A DNA stretch of 50,746 nt from Vampirovibrionales bacterium (GCA_947458095.1 CANGYO010000001.1:72414-123159), one strand, 5' to 3'; positions 8,879 to 18,778 are shown, counted from the first letter of the stretch. Notes: generated by a model not told the origin, from the letters alone. Translations and numbers: made by a program.

Positions 8879-9679
8879 TTAATTATAACAGCCTTTGAAG
8901 GTGCGATACTTAATCCGAAACATCGCAAAAAGCATCTTCCACGAATCCACCCATACATTGACTTTAGAACCTGCCATATTCGTCCAAGAAACGCCTCGTT
9001 CTTCGACGTAAAACCCATGCGTTTCAGCCATCATGAGGTACTCTAAATCGGCAGCAAAGCCCTTTTCAAGCTGTAAATCCGCAAATAATCGATACGCCTG
9101 AGCAGGAAAGAGCTTGAAACCACATTGGGTGTCTTCAATATCAGGAATCAACCACTGCGTTAGCTTCTGAAATATCAAGCTCACCACATGGCGAAAGGGA
9201 TTAAAACGCCTTACAACACCCTCTTCTTCCACAGAACGAGAGCCAATAACAATATGTTCTAAGGCATCGGGGGTTTCGGCATTGAGCCAGTCTTCGATCG
9301 TGTCGATCGGCACTGCACGATCGGCGTCATACATCAAGGCATAGCGACCTTTGGCAGCCTTAAAGCCTGCTTGTAAAGCAGCCCCCTTGCCTTGATTGTG
9401 AGCTAAGTTCACCAAGCGTAGATAAGGGTTTTGAGCTTGAAGGGTTTCTACGATTTCAGCAGTGGCGTCAAAACTACCATCATTCACCACGATCACTTCC
9501 ACCGTGTAGGCTTGTGAATCCAAGTACTGTAAGACGTGTTTTAAGGTGTTGGGCAAACGAACTTCTTCATTGAAGGCAGGAATCACAACCGATAAAAAAA
9601 TATCTTTTACGCCTAAAGTAGGGCTACTTACAAAGGGGGAAATGTAGCGGTCTTCTTGGACTTGTGTTGAATAAAGCAT
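8879..9679 (-). CDS. GT2 glycosyltransferase (polyprenol-phosphate glucosyltransferase-like)
   Basis: SVVIPAFNEE, VNDGSFD, NQGKG, DAD and DTQCGFKLF motifs. Confidence 0.9.
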   Translation of the reverse strand: MLYSTQVQEDRYISPFVSSPTLGVKDIFLSVVIPAFNEEVRLPNTLKHVLQYLDSQAYTVEVIVVNDGSFDATAEIVETLQAQNPYLRLVNLAHNQGKGAALQAGFKAAKGRYALMYDADRAVPIDTIEDWLNAETPDALEHIVIGSRSVEEEGVVRRFNPFRHVVSLIFQKLTQWLIPDIEDTQCGFKLFPAQAYRLFADLQLEKGFAADLEYLMMAETHGFYVEERGVSWTNMAGSKVNVWVDSWKMLFAMFRIKYRTFKGCYN

Positions 9680-9693
9680 GGTTAAAGTCTCAT

Positions 9694-11460
9694 CTACGGA
9701 GTGGGGGCATTGTCATGAGCAGAACTCACCACATAAAGTGTAACACCTTTTTCTGATTTGTGGATGACTTTCCGCACTAGATTTTTAGGCCAGTGGGTGT
9801 TTAAAAACGTGGTGTGTTCTTCATCACGTTCCCAGCTCATCAGCATAAAGGGCAAAGGCTGTGATTTTAGTGCTTCAATGGTTTCAATTTCAAAGGGTTC
9901 ATAGCGACTTGTAAAGTTAGAATTGTAGCGTTTCCCTTTCCACCACAGGCGTCTTGCCGTGTTAGTTTCGTCCTGCTGAACATAGCATAGCCACGAAAAA
10001 GGGACTTGATTAAACCAGCCGACGACAGGGCGTTCTAAAAGTTCAGGGTTTTCTTTTTTCAAGGTGTACACGATGCTCCGCATACTGCGGTATTCAGGGA
10101 AGACGGTGGCACCAAATTGTGGTTGATGAATCACCGCATCAAAGCCCCAGGCTCCAAACCATAGGGCAATGCCGAGCGTTACAAAGCCTGCCAAGAAAAA
10201 GCTTGCCGTTTTGGCGTGAATCCATCGCAGTTTGCGATGCAAAAAGCGAGCCAGTAAAATCGTAGCAGGAGGCAACCCCGTCAACACATACGTCATTAAA
10301 ATAGACTTCGCAATGGAAAAGAACAGAGCAGGAAAAAGTAAGCACACCCATAAAAAGGTGGTGGCTGAATGGGTTTTTAAGGATGTAGATACCTGCTGAA
10401 AACTAAGCTGTGTCGTTTCTTTGGGGATTTTGAGGGCGTCTTTCACAAAAGACGGCAACCAAAAAAGTGGGATGACTGAACAAGGCAACAGTGCCACCAA
10501 GAAATACCAGAGGCTCGTGCCGTAAGGACGTATATGCCCGCTTCCGTAGCGGTCGCCATAGTTTGGCGTGATGTATCTTAGGAGATGTTCTTGCACAAAA
10601 AAGTAGTAGAGAAAATCAGGATGCTTGACTTGTACCAGCCAAAACCACGGCACGCAGATCACCAAAACGCCTAAAATCACCCAATGCCACGCCACTTTTT
10701 TAAGTGAAGGCAGTTCTTGAGCCAAGACCGCCCAAATGCCTAAAGGGGTTAGCGTCATCACAAGAGGCAACAACCCCTTGGTCATTACGCCCATTGCAAT
10801 GGCAAGCGTCAACAAAACGTGCCAAAATACAGGATTCGTAATCGTCGAAGATTTTGAGCGTTCCTCATTTTCGACGCCAGCTAAGGGAGCGTCTTTAATT
10901 TCAAGCAAGTGAAAAAAGGCAAGCAAGGCAAGCATCACACTGGCACAGACCCACATATCCATGGAAACCGTCATGCCAATGGCGTTGAAGAATCCGCAAG
11001 AAAGCAAAAGTAAAACGGCTAGAATCCCCACCTGCGGATTTGCCACTTTTTTAGCGAGCTGAAAGGTCGCCCATAACGCCAAAAGCATCGCAATGAGATT
11101 AGGAAAGCGAAACGCCCATTCATTAGAACCAAAACCAAGCACGCTGAATCCGCCCAGCCAAAAACTAAAGGGAGGCTTGCCAAAAAAGGGCTGATGAAAG
11201 GTGGGGCTATACGGCAGAAGCCAATCGTTTCGTAAGAAAAAGTGCTGTATCATGTTGGCGTATCGAGATTCGGTGGTGTCAAACAAGGGAGCCGTGCCAA
11301 AGGTGATGAGTCGAAGCAAGACGGATCCAGCAAAGAACAGAATGCTTGCTTTAAGCCAAGAAAGAGAAGAGGGGCTTGCTTCTTCTGAATGAGGAGGGGT
11401 TTGAATTGTCACGTCTTTATTTCTCTTTTCTTTCACAAACCATTGAATCCATTTAGTCAC
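9694..11460 (-). CDS. ArnT/PMT-family (GT-C) membrane glycosyltransferase
   Basis: DTTESRY, KPPFSFW, EWAFRFP and MTKG motifs; multiple TM segments. Confidence 0.88.
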   Translation of the reverse strand: MTKWIQWFVKEKRNKDVTIQTPPHSEEASPSSLSWLKASILFFAGSVLLRLITFGTAPLFDTTESRYANMIQHFFLRNDWLLPYSPTFHQPFFGKPPFSFWLGGFSVLGFGSNEWAFRFPNLIAMLLALWATFQLAKKVANPQVGILAVLLLLSCGFFNAIGMTVSMDMWVCASVMLALLAFFHLLEIKDAPLAGVENEERSKSSTITNPVFWHVLLTLAIAMGVMTKGLLPLVMTLTPLGIWAVLAQELPSLKKVAWHWVILGVLVICVPWFWLVQVKHPDFLYYFFVQEHLLRYITPNYGDRYGSGHIRPYGTSLWYFLVALLPCSVIPLFWLPSFVKDALKIPKETTQLSFQQVSTSLKTHSATTFLWVCLLFPALFFSIAKSILMTYVLTGLPPATILLARFLHRKLRWIHAKTASFFLAGFVTLGIALWFGAWGFDAVIHQPQFGATVFPEYRSMRSIVYTLKKENPELLERPVVGWFNQVPFSWLCYVQQDETNTARRLWWKGKRYNSNFTSRYEPFEIETIEALKSQPLPFMLMSWERDEEHTTFLNTHWPKNLVRKVIHKSEKGVTLYVVSSAHDNAPTP

Positions 11461-11463
11461 GCC

Positions 11464-11949
11464 TTAAACAGTCGGGGGAACAGGTTTAGCCTTAAAAACC
11501 CAGAAGGCCTGTCCTGTATAATTTAAGACTGCCGTAAGACCTGTTGCAAATAACCAAGCCACCATACTAATTTTAGAATGAGGTACCCAATTCGTCAAGA
11601 GTAACAAACGAAACAAAGCAAAGTTGGACGTCACATTCACCACGCCTGAAAACGCATAAAGCTTTAAGAAGTTAAACAACCGAGCAGGCAAATCTTCCCA
11701 CTTGATTTTAAAGTTCCACATCGCCGAAACCACAAAGTTAAGCAAAACACTGACTTCAAACGCCACGGCTTTCGAGGCGATAATGTGCCAATCGTCAAAA
11801 GAAAGGGCTTTGGCAATGCTACCGTACCACGCTTGTTCATGCCAATAAGCGGCGAGCCATTGATATACCATGCCGTCGATAACGGTGGCGAGCAAGCCAA
11901 TGCAAATGAAGCGTAGAAAAAGTTTTCTTTTGGAAATCGGACGGTGCAT
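11464..11949 (-). CDS. GtrA-family flippase-like membrane protein
   Basis: FLRFICIGLLATVID start, NF...W.F and NY...FWVF motifs, about four TM segments, adjacent to GT-C and GT2 genes. Confidence 0.82.
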   Translation of the reverse strand: MHRPISKRKLFLRFICIGLLATVIDGMVYQWLAAYWHEQAWYGSIAKALSFDDWHIIASKAVAFEVSVLLNFVVSAMWNFKIKWEDLPARLFNFLKLYAFSGVVNVTSNFALFRLLLLTNWVPHSKISMVAWLFATGLTAVLNYTGQAFWVFKAKPVPPTV

Positions 11950-12116
11950 TTACAGAAAAACCCTTTCAACAGAAAAGCACAATACAATAAATTTATTCAA
12001 CGAAACTATTTTAACACGAACAAAAAAATAAAAAGAAGCTTCTCTTTCCTGTTTTGTTCGTGCTAAACTTTTCCTTAGTTCTTTTTGAAATTAGTGGCAA
12101 GGAGCATCTTATTCCC

Positions 12117-13502
12117 ATGACGACAACTTATACGCAAGACCCTCAAAACACGGATTCTCGTCATCATGTCGTGGTCGTCGGGGGCGGATTCGCTGGGCTA
12201 AACTGTGTTAAATCTCTGGCTAACGATCCTAAAATTAAAGTCACCTTGGTGGATCGTCGCAATCACCACCTCTTTCAACCGCTTTTGTATCAAGTCGCCA
12301 CAGGTATGTTGTCGCCTTCAGATGTGGCTTCGCCTTTTCGCTATGTCTTGCGTAAGCAACAAAATACGGAAGTATTAATGGCAGAAGTTAAGGGTGTGGA
12401 TGTGGACGCTCAAACGCTTGAACTCACTGATGGGTACTTAAGCTACGACAGTCTTGTGATTGCCACAGGGAGCTTGCATCACTATTTTGGCAGAAATGAA
12501 TGGGCAGCCTTTGCTCCCGGTTTAAAAAGCGTCGATGACGCTTTAGGCATTCGTGAAAAAATCTTAAAAGCCTTTGAAATGGCAGAACGTACGGATGATC
12601 CTGCCTTGCGTCAAGCGTATTTAACCTTTGTCGTCGTGGGGGGAGGGCCGACAGGCGTGGAGCTAGCAGGTTCCGTTGCTGAACTCGTGCAACGTACCTT
12701 AAAAGGTCAGTTTAGAAGAGCCAACCTAAACGATTTTAAAATCATGTTGGTGGAAGGCTTAGATCGGGTCTTGCCTGTGTTTTCTGAAGTCTTGTCCGCT
12801 TCCGCTCAAGAAGCACTGGAATCCTTGAACATCGAAGTCTTGACCAAAACCATGGTGACTGAACTTTCCGATACGCACGCCGTGTTGAAAGATCGTGACG
12901 GCAACCTGCGTCATGTCGATACTTACACCGTTTTATGGGGAGCAGGCGTTGGGGCATCCCCTTTAGGCAAGCTTATTGCGGAAAAAACCAGTGCTGAAAG
13001 TGATCGTATGGGACGAGTCATCGTCACGTCTGAGTTTTCCACTGAGAAATATCCGAATGTCTATATTGTGGGCGATTTGGCTCACCAAGTGCATGGCACC
13101 GAATCGAGCAATCCCATACCGGGGGTGGCTCCTGCCGCGACGCAAGGCGGTTTGCATGTGGCGAAAGTCCTTAAAGCCAAGGTGCATGGCTATGAAGTGC
13201 CTGAATTCCTTTACGAAGACAAGGGCAGCATGGCGATTATTGGCAATAATAAAGCGGTTGCCAGCGTCAAAGGCTTAGAGTTTGACGGCTTTATGGCATG
13301 GTTCTTGTGGTTGGTGGTGCATGTGATGTTCCTTGTTGAGCATGACAACCGAGTCGTGGTGACCTTTAGCTGGTGGGTGAACTACTTGACTGGCAAGCGT
13401 TCCACCCGAATCATCGCTAAAGATTTGCTCCCTTTCTTTAAGACACCTGTAGACGCTGTAGAAAATCCCCTAGAAAAGTCAACCGCAGAGTCACACGGCT
13501 AA
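12117..13502 (+). CDS. ndh: Type II NADH:quinone oxidoreductase (NDH-2)
   Basis: GGGFAGL, HLFQPLLYQVATG, VVGGGPTGVELAG and DKGSMA motifs. ATG at 12117 follows AAGGAG. Confidence 0.9.
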   Translation: MTTTYTQDPQNTDSRHHVVVVGGGFAGLNCVKSLANDPKIKVTLVDRRNHHLFQPLLYQVATGMLSPSDVASPFRYVLRKQQNTEVLMAEVKGVDVDAQTLELTDGYLSYDSLVIATGSLHHYFGRNEWAAFAPGLKSVDDALGIREKILKAFEMAERTDDPALRQAYLTFVVVGGGPTGVELAGSVAELVQRTLKGQFRRANLNDFKIMLVEGLDRVLPVFSEVLSASAQEALESLNIEVLTKTMVTELSDTHAVLKDRDGNLRHVDTYTVLWGAGVGASPLGKLIAEKTSAESDRMGRVIVTSEFSTEKYPNVYIVGDLAHQVHGTESSNPIPGVAPAATQGGLHVAKVLKAKVHGYEVPEFLYEDKGSMAIIGNNKAVASVKGLEFDGFMAWFLWLVVHVMFLVEHDNRVVVTFSWWVNYLTGKRSTRIIAKDLLPFFKTPVDAVENPLEKSTAESHG

Positions 13503-14623
13503 TGCCTGCCATAAAAGAAAATCTTTGGCCTGCCCCAGAACACCTAAAAGCGGATTTTGCACCTGCTTTAGAAGCATGGTACTTGCAGCAGGCTCGTGAT
13601 TTACCGTGGCGAAGAACGCAAGACGCTTATGCCATTTGGGTGTCTGAAATTATGTTGCAACAAACCCAAGTCGTTACGGTGATTCCCTATTACGAGCGTT
13701 TCTTGACTCGTTTCCCGACGGTGGAAGACTTGGCGAAAGCGTCTTTAGAAGAGGTGTTAAAATTGTGGGAAGGCTTGGGCTATTATTCACGAGCCAAAAA
13801 TTTGCATCAAGCCGCTCAAGTCGTTGTTCGTGATTTTGGCGGTGTCGTGCCTGATACCCTCGATGCGATTTTAAGTCTAAACGGCGTGGGACGCTACACC
13901 GCAGGCGCCATTCTAAGCTTTGCCTACGGTAAACGCATCCCGTTGTTGGACGGCAACGTCAAGCGTATTCTAGCACGGCTCTTGAATGACGATGCCCCGA
14001 TTAATCAGCCAGCCACTGAAAAAAAGCATTGGGCGTGGATCAGCGAATTGCTCGACACCAGCGAAAACCCCTATGTGTTTAATCAAGCCATTATGGAATT
14101 GGGGGCAACGCTCTGCACGCCGAAGTTGACCAAGTGCTTGCTTTGCCCTGTGCATGAACTGTGCCAAGCCTTTAAGGCGGGTCGGGTGGAGGCATTGCCT
14201 GTGAAGACGCCAGCGAAGACTGTTCCTCACAAGCATATTGGCGTGGCATTGATGCAAAATGCCGATGGGTTGTATTTCATTCAACAACGCCCTGAAACAG
14301 GCTTGCTCGCTAGTCTGTGGGAGTTCCCTGGTGGCAAGCAAGAAGCGGATGAATCCCTTGAAGCCACCGTCGTTCGAGAACTCAAGGAAGAGCTGAACGT
14401 GGAAGTCGAGGTAGGTCGTCACGCCTTGTCGATCGATCATGCGTACACGCATTTAAAGGTCACCTTGCATGTGTATCATACGGAGATAGTAAGCCCTTTG
14501 GATGCACTGGAACTCAAGGCGGCTCAAGCCTTTAAGTGGGCAAGTTTAGAAGACATGAGAGCCTTGCCTTTCCCGAAAGCGAATCATGCGATTTTAAAGT
14601 ATATTGAGAAGGGTCTTATTTAA
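13502..14623 (+). CDS. mutY: A/G-specific adenine glycosylase with a C-terminal Nudix domain
   Basis: WVSEIMLQQT, WEGLGYYSRA, GVGRYTA, LDGNVKR and a CX6CX2CX5C Fe-S motif. Confidence 0.95.
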   Translation: MPAIKENLWPAPEHLKADFAPALEAWYLQQARDLPWRRTQDAYAIWVSEIMLQQTQVVTVIPYYERFLTRFPTVEDLAKASLEEVLKLWEGLGYYSRAKNLHQAAQVVVRDFGGVVPDTLDAILSLNGVGRYTAGAILSFAYGKRIPLLDGNVKRILARLLNDDAPINQPATEKKHWAWISELLDTSENPYVFNQAIMELGATLCTPKLTKCLLCPVHELCQAFKAGRVEALPVKTPAKTVPHKHIGVALMQNADGLYFIQQRPETGLLASLWEFPGGKQEADESLEATVVRELKEELNVEVEVGRHALSIDHAYTHLKVTLHVYHTEIVSPLDALELKAAQAFKWASLEDMRALPFPKANHAILKYIEKGLI

Positions 14624-15152
14624 AAGCCTCTGTAATCCTTTTAAGATTCTGGCATGCAGACTTAATTGAAATTTTTTCTTTTTTGATAGCTATCTTGTTA
14701 AATGCTTCCAACATACTATTTACGAAAATAGCACCAACAAAAGCAGCTCCTGCCTGTTCATGAAAAGGGATTTGATACAAAATACCAGAACTCTTTACGG
14801 CTTGCACTAAAGCATAATAATTATCAAATATCATACCCTTTCTCAAGTTTTTAAGAGGCTTAATCGACTTTGTTATAAGGGTTTCCCCCTGTTTTATCTT
14901 CAAAGATACTAATCTTTTCGATAAATACCCTTCAGCAGTAGATTCAAATACTTCTTTTGGAATACCCAATTTTTGAAGTTCTAATGCCACAAATGTTGCA
15001 TTATCCACTTGTTTCTTAGGATCTAAAAACTCTTCTGAGCTTACCACAGCATTATTTTTTATAATTTGCCGAAGTATTTTTTGTTGATTAGAATATAAAA
15101 TACCTCCTAGATTCAACAAATAGTCATATTTTTTCATAAAGACCCTTTCCAT
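14616..15152 (-). CDS. Hypothetical AT-rich orphan
   Basis: 178-aa ORF, Lys-rich, visibly more AT-rich than its neighbours, no recognisable motif. Confidence 0.55.
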   Translation of the reverse strand: MERVFMKKYDYLLNLGGILYSNQQKILRQIIKNNAVVSSEEFLDPKKQVDNATFVALELQKLGIPKEVFESTAEGYLSKRLVSLKIKQGETLITKSIKPLKNLRKGMIFDNYYALVQAVKSSGILYQIPFHEQAGAAFVGAIFVNSMLEAFNKIAIKKEKISIKSACQNLKRITEAFK

Positions 15153-15320
15153 TCATGATCATATACCAAAGACTACACGTATTAACGACTGTAAATCTGA
15201 AATAATGCTACTTTTTAAGGGGTTTATTGAAACATTGTAACGAAGCTTCCGCAAGGCTAGACACTGGAAAATAAAGGTGTATTATCAAGGCATAGTACTA
15301 TTACTTTACAATGGGGTTTT

Positions 15321-15956
15321 ATGAAAATTACGACGCTTTCTCCTATTAGGACAAAAACACGTTTGCCTGCTCCGTGTCCAACAGGTAAGCTGTTGACGCC
15401 TCAAGAAAATCAACGTTAGGGTTACCGTATAGAACTCACTCTCTTGAATGCAGGAACACGATTTCATAGGTTGAGATTTTTACAAAAATCTCAACACCAC
15501 ATCACGCAGGTGTTAAAGCTTATGGGGTTTAAGGGAACCATTAGCTCTAATTGTCTAGAAGTTTTATTATACGACAAAAGCCCTCACCTAAGATGTCTTA
15601 CCAATTCTAATTATCTGAGCTATGCTCAAGATTGTGTGGCACTCGTAGAGTTCCTTAACTTATTAAAAAAAAGGTATCCACAAGGTTCCTCGAAAACAAA
15701 CTACTCACACATATTCTATGAGGATTACTCGGTTAAACATGACGATTTAACAACCCTTAACAACTTATGGCATCCAGACACCCTTCAAGCACAAAAATCT
15801 AGGCTTAATAAGCTCTTTTACATGCAAGACGAGCAAGTACCAAAGATAGACGCTCAAATATATAAACAATTCAGCAGAAAATTACAAATAGAAAGACGCA
15901 TGCAAGCGCTTAACGCTGTGTTATATCCAGTAACCTTCTCTAAATTCTTCGTTTAA
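15321..15956 (+). pseudogene. AT-rich orphan interrupted by an in-frame TAG
   Basis: ATG at 15321 (GGGG upstream) is in frame with ORF 15444-15956, with a single TAG at 15417-15419: MKITTLSPIRTKTRLPAPCPTGKLLTPQENQR*GYRIELTLLNAG. Confidence 0.55.
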
Positions 15957-16033
15957 GCGTTTTCTATCGGACACGATAAAGTGCTTATTTTTATGTTAAA
16001 CTTCAATGTCATAGCCTTGTTAAAGAGATTCTT

Positions 16034-17098
16034 ATGCCTGAACACACCCAAATCACTCATCAGAACGTCCAAGTCGTGACCTATACGCCCAATGCCACGG
16101 AAGCCCAACGGCTCCCCATGCCAGCATTGCCTAAGCGTGGTGCTATCATCCAAACCCTCGGATGCGGACTCTGCGGGACGGACGCTGAAAAAATCCAGCA
16201 ACAAAAAGTGCCTGTGGGTAGCGTACTTGGGCATGAAGTCGTTGGACGCATCCACCAGCTAGATGCTCAGTATCACGGCGATTTCGTCGTGGGGGATCGT
16301 CTCGTTTTGGCTCATCATGTGCCGTGTGGGATCTGTCATTATTGCGTGAATGGCTCGCCTAGTATGTGTGCCGACTTCAAAGCCAGCAACCTTTTCCCTG
16401 GTGGATTCGCCCCCTATTTCTCCGCTTCTGCAGGGCATCTTGCACATACCGCTTTTAAAATCCCGTCTCACATTTCGGATCGTGAAGCCGCCTGCATGGA
16501 ACCATTGGCCTGCGTCTTGCGTGCCATTCGACGGACGCCCATGTCTTCACAAAACGGCAGTGTCGCCGTGATTGGCTTGGGTTTTATTGGCTTGCTGACG
16601 GCTCAAGTTTTAACGAACCAAGGACAGAAGGTGCTAGGGGTGGATTTAAATCCCCAACGCTTGGGCTTGGCTCGCACAATGGAATGGGTGGATGAGGCGG
16701 TGCATCCCATCGAACAAGCCAGCGACTGGCAAGCGTGGCTCAAAACGTGTCCGACTCAAGCGGTGGATGCCGTCTTTTTAAGCGTGGTGAATCGTCATAC
16801 TTTAGTTTTGGCATCCCAACTGCTTCGCAATGGGGGGACGTTGACGCTTATGGCGGGCAACGCTCAAGGCGAGATTATGGATCCCAAGGACTTGTATTAT
16901 AGAGAGATCAATATCGTCACGAGCTATTCACCTGCTTTGGAAGACTTAAAGCAAGCAAGCAACGCTTTATTTGAACGGCAAATTGTGGTGAATCCCTTGA
17001 TGACGCACCCCATGCCGATTGAAGATTTTAATGAAGGTTTAAGCCTGTACCGTCAATCCGACGCAATCAAGGTATTTTATCAGTTCCCCACGAATTAA
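16034..17098 (+). CDS. Zinc-dependent MDR alcohol dehydrogenase
   Basis: CGLCGTD, GHE, CGICHYC..C, EPLAC and GLGFIG motifs. Confidence 0.9.
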   Translation: MPEHTQITHQNVQVVTYTPNATEAQRLPMPALPKRGAIIQTLGCGLCGTDAEKIQQQKVPVGSVLGHEVVGRIHQLDAQYHGDFVVGDRLVLAHHVPCGICHYCVNGSPSMCADFKASNLFPGGFAPYFSASAGHLAHTAFKIPSHISDREAACMEPLACVLRAIRRTPMSSQNGSVAVIGLGFIGLLTAQVLTNQGQKVLGVDLNPQRLGLARTMEWVDEAVHPIEQASDWQAWLKTCPTQAVDAVFLSVVNRHTLVLASQLLRNGGTLTLMAGNAQGEIMDPKDLYYREINIVTSYSPALEDLKQASNALFERQIVVNPLMTHPMPIEDFNEGLSLYRQSDAIKVFYQFPTN

Positions 17099-17111
17099 GT
17101 TTATTTTTGTA

Positions 17112-17163
17112 TAGAAAGGTCTTTGAAATCCTGTCCCCTCTCCTGATTTTAGGATGGGGGACA
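17112..17163. repeat. Degenerate fragment of repeat family R5 (TAGAAAG end plus CCCTCTCC hairpin)
   Basis: tagaaaggtctttgaaatcctgtcccctctcct resembles the reverse complement of the right end of 47302-47571 (tagaagtctctgcgaaagtcctgttccctctcct). Confidence 0.6.
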
Positions 17164-17196
17164 AAGCAAAAAGGCTTCCGCATCGCCTCCTCTAGA

Positions 17197-17214
17197 ATTG
17201 TAACGGCTTGTAAC
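17197..17214. promoter_or_regulatory. HLR1-like direct repeat (candidate OmpR/RpaB-type site)
   Basis: ATTGTAAC-gg-CTTGTAAC, one mismatch to the reverse complement of KTTACAWW-N2-KTTACAWW. Confidence 0.45.
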
Positions 17215-17406
17215 GAAGTAAACCCTTTACGCAATTTTAAGGATTCGGAATTGTTTATTAAAGTGAGATAGTAAAGAGATTACATCACACATCGTAATCC
17301 AACCCACGAAAAAACGGTAAAAACGGCTCATACCACCGAATTTACTCATAAATTTCAAAGACTTTATAAACATATGGGCATAAATAGATAAGGGACAATA
17401 GAGAAA

Positions 17407-17733
17407 ATGTTACTCGCAACAGTACAAGCACGTTATATGGCTGCTACATCCAGAACCATCGATTTGGAATGGCAACGTCAGCTTATTTCACAAGCACAAA
17501 TGCAAATGTCTAACACGGTTGGTGCATTGTTCAACCTGACGGCAGACTTAGAACCAGAATCACCGACTTATCAGTCCTTGATGTCTCGTTTGAATGCAAT
17601 CCAACAAATCGAAAAATCTTTAACACTTCAATCGCAACGTATTGAACAACAGTACAAAGCACTTGAAAAAGAAAGAGAATCACTCAAAACACTCGCCGAA
17701 AAAGGTGCGGAACAATTCAAGTACTTAAGCTAA
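17407..17733 (+). CDS. Small coiled-coil hypothetical protein
   Basis: 108 aa, Gln/Glu/Leu heptad-rich, own long upstream region. VQARYMAATSRTIDLE N-terminus and EQQYKALEKERESLK C-terminus. Confidence 0.8.
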   Translation: MLLATVQARYMAATSRTIDLEWQRQLISQAQMQMSNTVGALFNLTADLEPESPTYQSLMSRLNAIQQIEKSLTLQSQRIEQQYKALEKERESLKTLAEKGAEQFKYLS

Positions 17734-17739
17734 GCTTAA

Positions 17740-18489
17740 CTAATTTTTAGATGATAATGAGGATACGATCTGTTCCATTGGATTAAGACCGTATTTCTCA
17801 CTCAATTTCTTAATTCTTGAATTAGGCAAGGGGTGAGTCACTAAAAATTCGACCTCTTGACCTGAACCCGAAGCCCGAAGCACTTTGAACACTTCAATTG
17901 CGGCATTCTTATTATACTTGGCGTTAATAAGAAACTGTACACCAGAATCATCCGCTTGATATTCTTGTTTACGATCAAACTTTAAACCCAGCAATTGCGT
18001 TCCCACTTGTGCGCCATAGCTTCCCACAGGATTGTGGATGACGGTAGAGAGAACCGCTCCAGCCACATTCAAGCCCACACGTTTCGCTAAACCTTTTGCC
18101 ATATGGTGATTGGTGATATGACCCAGCTCGTGCGCTAATACAAAGGCACGGGCATCGTCGTTTTTAAGTTTATTCCATAATGCGGATGTAATAATCACCT
18201 TGGTGCCATCGGTGTAGGCATTGACGACGGTGGTGTCTTGAATATCGGAATCTTCCACCACTGAATCAGGGATGTTTAAATTATTGTCATTAATCAGTCG
18301 ATGCAAGAGACGGTGCATGTTTTCTTTGGGGGTCAATACCACAGTAGGCGTGACGATGCTCGTCTTGGCGAGCGTTTTGGTTTTGGTTTTCGTTGCTGAA
18401 AAACCCAAGGGCATCGCCAAGGAGCCGAAGACGATGAGACTGAGTAAAAACAGGGTCGCCGTTTTGTGGAAATGGATAGAGACATTCAT
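17740..18489 (-). CDS. M48-family metallopeptidase, exported
   Basis: Signal peptide; VVNAY, AFVLAHELGH (HEXXH), QEYQAD and THP motifs. Start could be 18534. Confidence 0.88.
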   Translation of the reverse strand: MNVSIHFHKTATLFLLSLIVFGSLAMPLGFSATKTKTKTLAKTSIVTPTVVLTPKENMHRLLHRLINDNNLNIPDSVVEDSDIQDTTVVNAYTDGTKVIITSALWNKLKNDDARAFVLAHELGHITNHHMAKGLAKRVGLNVAGAVLSTVIHNPVGSYGAQVGTQLLGLKFDRKQEYQADDSGVQFLINAKYNKNAAIEVFKVLRASGSGQEVEFLVTHPLPNSRIKKLSEKYGLNPMEQIVSSLSSKN

Positions 18490-18537
18490 GAGGTAGACCT
18501 TTTTGTTTAAGTTTAAGGGGACGGTTATAATCATGTA

Positions 18538-18680
18538 TAGCGTTTTAAATAATCAACCATACTTGTCTCTTCGTTATCGCTCGGGTTCTCGATGTGCTTA
18601 TGTACGTCTCTGTACAATCACACATCTGCGAGTCTAGGCTCCTAGAATAGCCTAAGTCTGCTTAATTATTTAAAACGCTA
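18538..18680 (-). mobile_element. MITE family R1, variant with alternative 16-bp TIRs
   Basis: Perfect TIR tagcgttttaaataat / attatttaaaacgcta. The core is the reverse complement of the core at 33002 and 47645. Confidence 0.8.
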
Positions 18681-18704
18681 AACTCGACTATAAATAAAGA
18701 AAAA

Positions 18705-18778
18705 CACCCCGAACAAGATTCGAACTTGTGACCGTCCGCTTAGAAGGCGGATGCTCTATCCAGCTGAGCTATCGAGGC
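18705..18778 (-). tRNA. tRNA-Arg(TCT)
   Basis: GCCTCGA-TAGCTCAGCTGGATAGAGC-A-TCCGC-CT-TCT-AA-GCGGA-CGGTC-ACAAG-TTCGAAT-CTTGT-TCGGGGT-G. CCA is not encoded. Confidence 0.96.

Noticed and set aside
15417-15419. Genome-wide TAG recoding (pyrrolysine or alternative code)
   Set aside because: TAG terminates many conserved genes here at their expected ends (thyX, pilC, serA, purB, glyS).
18705-18778. tRNA-Arg as the attachment site of an integrated element
   Set aside because: No integrase, and I saw no duplicated tRNA 3' end in the window; only a MITE lies downstream.
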